Source: Nymphaea colorata (taxonomy: Eukaryota). Taken from it: a stretch of 64,000 nt of DNA. Positions 59,601 to 64,000 of this stretch are shown here, one piece after another (within the stretch, counting starts at the first letter, position 1; each line of letters begins with the position of its first letter). Location: NCBI RefSeq assembly GCF_008831285.2, contig NC_045138.2:7812001-7876000 (forward strand). The letters run 5' to 3'. The notes beneath the pieces are model-generated. The model did no database searches. It had not been told where the DNA came from and saw nothing but the letters and a program-made list of their open reading frames with translations. A program made the position numbers and the translations under genes.

Positions 59601-62520
59601 AGTTTTGTTGAATACATTTAGTCAAAAAACAAAATGCACCTAAGTCATATCCTGTTAAATACCATGTCTTCCAAATCCTCATAGAATGTTCATAAGAAGG
59701 AAGGTAGGCAATCAGCCTGCACAACCTATGAACATAAACCATTGTACTCATGGGTGTGCACGAGGATACCAGACTGTTCACACCCCAACCTTCCCATGAC
59801 TTGTGGACAAGGGAAATCACACATGAAGCAGTAAACTTTGGATATTGTTTGTGAGAATCAACCATTTAAAAGCCATTAACAGGGGTAATCGATCCAAGGC
59901 CTAGATTTTCTCAAGTTTTGTCAAGTCATTTTTCTTACGTGCATGTGCAGAGGTTGGATTTTTGGATTTTGGAGTTCTTCTTGAACGAAACTTGGATTTT
60001 ATTGAGAGTGTTTCTATATTTCAGAAATTTTGAAAATTGAAAAATTGTCTTTAGAGTGATATTTTTGAATTAATCATATATTTTAGCAATTGAACTTTGG
60101 ATTGATAAAAAAATTAGAGTTTGGAAATTGAGAATTCAGATATTGGATAGAATTGAGGATTTTGAAGTTGAATTTCAAATAGAATTAGAGATTCAAATTG
60201 GATTAGAAATTGAGATCGTGAATTGGACATTGAAAATTGGAGATTTGGTTTAGACTTTGGATTTTGACTTGAAAATTTTTGGAATTGGAATTTGGGTTTG
60301 AAACCAAATATTGGATTTGACAACTGAAGTCTATAATTTTTGAAAGTTGGATCATGGGGATTTAAAATTTCTAAGCTTGGAATGGTCAGAAATCGACCAA
60401 TATTTTGAGATTTTGAACTTAGTTGTTTCGAAGTATTGGGAATACTTGATTCCATTTCATTGGTGAGATTAAAAAACTAGATTTGAGGATTCCAAGTCTA
60501 GCTTTGGAGAATTGTTTTAATTTGATAAACTTGGTTTTTGACCAAGATCACAAAATTTCCTTGATTTGGATTTGAAAGTTGGTTTGATTTTTGTAGAAAA
60601 TCCAATGATGGATCTAAAATTAATTTTTGAAAATGTAGGATTTACAATCATCTTGAAATTTTGTGCTTTTACATCAAAATAAGTGAGGTGCTCAAGTTTT
60701 TGTTGCAATATAACTTGGTCATGGTAGCAACTTCAACTTGACTCACTTAGATATTGCAAAAGTGATTGGGTGCATTTGTGAAGTGAGTATATGCAGACAT
60801 TTATAATCTGCATGCACATCCATGCATCACACTCTTTTACTCCATGCAAAATTTAAATTGATCTTCACATGGATATAGGTCCACCTTGGAGGTGGGATGT
60901 GTAGGACGTACCAACCAATTTCTTGATATAGAAGAAGCTTTTGGAGATAATGTCCATGAGTCTAAGTTTTGGAAATTCTAGTTTTGAAAATGAGACTTCA
61001 AAACAAATTGAGTGAATGTCAACTAATTTTGGCTAGAATATAGATGAAGATGATCAAAGCCCAACATTTGGAAAATCGGGGATTTTGAATTTGATTTTGA
61101 AAATAAGTTTTGATTTTACAAGTTGATTTCAATTGGTTTCCTAGATCCACGACCCATCATTGGAAAGTTATAGGAATTGGCTCTAAAGAAATTCTCCAAA
61201 TTTCTCTAGATTGATGTTTTAGAAAACCAATTTTGAGTTGGAAATAGATAGAAAATAGCTCAATTTGAGAAATAATAGTAGCCTGTATTGGATTTGAAAA
61301 TGGTTGACTATTTGAAAATGTATATTTCCAAATGAGTTTGGTGAGAATAAAATTTTTCTAGTGGTTTTGGATTAGATCAAAACAGTTGTTTTGGATCTAG
61401 GTGTTTCTTTTGAAACCCAACTAGATTTTTTTTGTTAATTGTTGTTTTTTGAAATCTTAGAGATTTCTGAAATTTCAGAAATGTGTCATGATCACCATCT
61501 TTATTTTGTGAAGAATGATTGAATCTGCTTTCAATGTCATGTAGATACCTCAAACAAATTGTTAAACATTCTTCCGCTAAGTAACCTTCTGCAATTGAGC
61601 CGTTTGGGTGGCTTCGATTATGCATACATGTCTTAAGTATAGTAAGATAAATGTACATATAAAAATAGTAAATGACACTCTACCATTATCAACATAGATT
61701 AAGTAATCTATAAGGTATAATTGGCACATACCTTTCAATGGGGTACATCCAACGATATTGCACAGGTCCTCCTAATATTGCCTATTTACACAAGTGCATA
61801 GGCAAATGCATCATAATATCAGAAAACACAGGAGGAAAAATAGTTTTGAGCTTGCAAAGTAGGATATTAATGTCTCCATCCAAATGTTTGAAATCATTTT
61901 CTGAAGCTACTTTCGAGCATCAGCTCTTGAAAAACTTGCATAGCTCAACCAATACTAAGCTGACACTCTTCGGCAATGATTTTCTGACAGCTAATGGAAG
62001 GATGTGGTGCACTAAAATATCAGTCATGACTTTTAAGCCCTGATACTTTTGCTTCTTTAAGTTGCACTTACATTGAAATTTTTGATGCAAAGCCATTAGG
62101 GTTTCTTAGATTTTTCAGTACTTTGCAAAATAATCTTCTTCCATTTTTCTTCATTGTGAAGCAAGTAGCTGTTAAATCAGCTTTATTGCAACTTGGCACC
62201 TTGATTAGATGATGTGACTAACCGATATTGATATCTTGCAAATATAATCTAGCTTTGTAAGAGTTTTTCATCTTTAATATTCAACAATATATTTAAAATA
62301 TTATAACATACATTCTTTTCAATATGCAATCCATCTAAATTGTGTCTTCATATATTGTACTATCAATATGGCAGTTCAAAAAGTATGCTTCTTTTTTTTT
62401 TCAATTGAATATAAATCTTGGCAGTTGAGCTCGGTTCAGCTTTTTTCCAAACATGCTTGTGATGTGCTGAAATTCTAAATAAATTTCACTACCAGAAGGA
62501 CCTGCAACTTTTTAGGTAAG
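56664..62520 (-). mobile_element. CACTA (En/Spm) transposon remnant
   Basis: Terminal CACTACAACAAA at 56664 followed by (GCCG)TTGCCAAAA subterminal repeats. Tnp2-type fragments on - strand: GGPVQYRWMYPIE (~61735-61775) and NRSHPNGSIAEGYLAEECLTICLRYL (61377-61658). Second TIR not found; linking the TIR to the transposase is inferred. Confidence 0.75.
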
Positions 62521-64000
62521 AGATATCGTGCAACTATACCAATCCCCTCCTTCAAAAGTTCTCTAAAAGCGATTAAGTGATTTCAATTATGCATTCAGTC
62601 ACATCATTTCTCTAACAGCCTACAGTAACAAACTAAAAAGCACTTTGGCGTACACAATCCTTTAATGAGCAGTCTTTTAAAAAAGAGAACTCACGATATA
62701 CTAAAATACATGAAATATCCTCACACAATCAGTGATTCTGTTCTTAATTTGTCTTCATTTTAAACAAAATATAGATATAAGTGAGACTGAAAATCCTTAA
62801 GTCCAGTCGAACTGACTTCAAAATTTTATGTCCAATAATCAAGAGCTCACTTATGAACACTTCTGCATGACAACACAGAAATTAGCTGAACAATAAATCT
62901 TTCGTGTGCTAGAGGTTATCAACAGTAGGAATGCATAGAAGTTAGCTGAACAACGGTGCTGCAATGATAGTTTGGATGATAGTGCAGACACTAGAGTTAC
63001 TAAGCAAAGAAACTCCGAAAGGACAACTTCATGCTCCTCATACCAACTAGATGTTAAGATGATGTGAATTAGATTGCAAAATGATTCTGATCCCCTTTTT
63101 CTTCCTTTTCTAGAGTACTGCCGACATATGTTATGACAATAGAAAAATTCAAATTATAGATTTAGAGCATACTGGCAAAAATCTTGGAAGGCAAGGTTGC
63201 CATGTGATAAAAGTATGAGTTTATTGCTTTAATAATATTACAAGCCACTAATAAAATATCTTTTTAAGTTGATATTTCTCACAAAAGCTTGCTTGCCTTG
63301 TTTAGGTAAAATTCAAGAACTTTATTTGACTATCATATTCACTATCTGAAATACAGAAAGGTGCCCCCTATCACATGGTTTATGTTCTAACATTATAAGT
63401 TCTAAACTGGCCTCCCTCTCCCATTTGCCATCGGCTTCCCACCCCTTGTCTATTATAAGTTCTCTAGCAACTATTAGCTTCTTTCCTCTGGTTTTATTTT
63501 AGTTCTCTCAGTGTTTCAATACCTGAATGCATGGTCCAGGTACAAAGATGTTTGAAAATAGAGTGACTCTGTTATGTGAATTAATGACTTTAGAGATAGT
63601 GTCCTCAATTTTTCCATCTTCATCCTGTTTTTATTAGGAAATGCAGATGCTTTATTTGACTTTGCTTACAGACCTTCTTTATGCATTGAGATTTTAAAAT
63701 AATAAGCTTATATTGATATATAGCCATAAATGGTTGATGCACCATGGAATTGGATTTATCACCTAATGCATGTCTCTCCTGAGCATGCAAAGCTTATAAA
63801 ACATTATGGTGTTAGATACCTTCTGTGGGAGAGGTTTATGTGAATTCTAGTATGCAGGAATAAGATATTGACCAATGAAAGGTTCAATTTTGTTAATCAT
63901 ATACGTGCAAGTAGCTTGGTAGACTTTTGAGCTGTATACATTGTATTAAGCACTCAAAGACTGCTATAATTTCCTTCCTTTATGTATGCTTCCATTCTGA

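Noticed and set aside
59880..61440. GATTT/GAAA-rich stretch with ORF 60114-60455
   Set aside because: Low-complexity repeat, probably a nested TE fragment; cannot be classified and the ORF is compositional.
62520..64000. Short exon-like segments on the - strand near the window end
   Set aside because: Too short to recognise; may belong to a gene outside the window.

Overview
Angiosperm nuclear DNA, rich in transposons; the species cannot be determined from the sequence. Three spliced genes reconstruct by hand as intact ORFs: PDK1 (+, 11 exons, 489 aa), an Fcf2-domain pre-rRNA processing gene (-, 5 coding exons, 190 aa) and an NPF5.10-like NRT1/PTR transporter (+, 4 exons, 563 aa). Mobile DNA includes a decayed L1-type LINE, a full-length Copia with non-canonical TA..TA LTR ends in PDK1 intron 7, a second decayed Copia, a CACTA remnant, a hAT deletion derivative, a MULE-like TIR pair and about ten hAT-type MITEs with 8-bp TSDs. 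A mosaic plastid insertion (cemA fragment joined to rpl2 5' end, rpl23, trnI-CAU) is also present. Two observations stand out. (1) A hAT-type element has captured an internally deleted DRT102 (RpiB-like) fragment and lies antisense in the Fcf2 intron. (2) An orphan, open-frame last exon of a DNL-type zinc-finger gene appears to splice into the Fcf2 5' leader, suggesting exon co-option or a dicistronic arrangement. Homology calls come from recall of protein families, not database searches.
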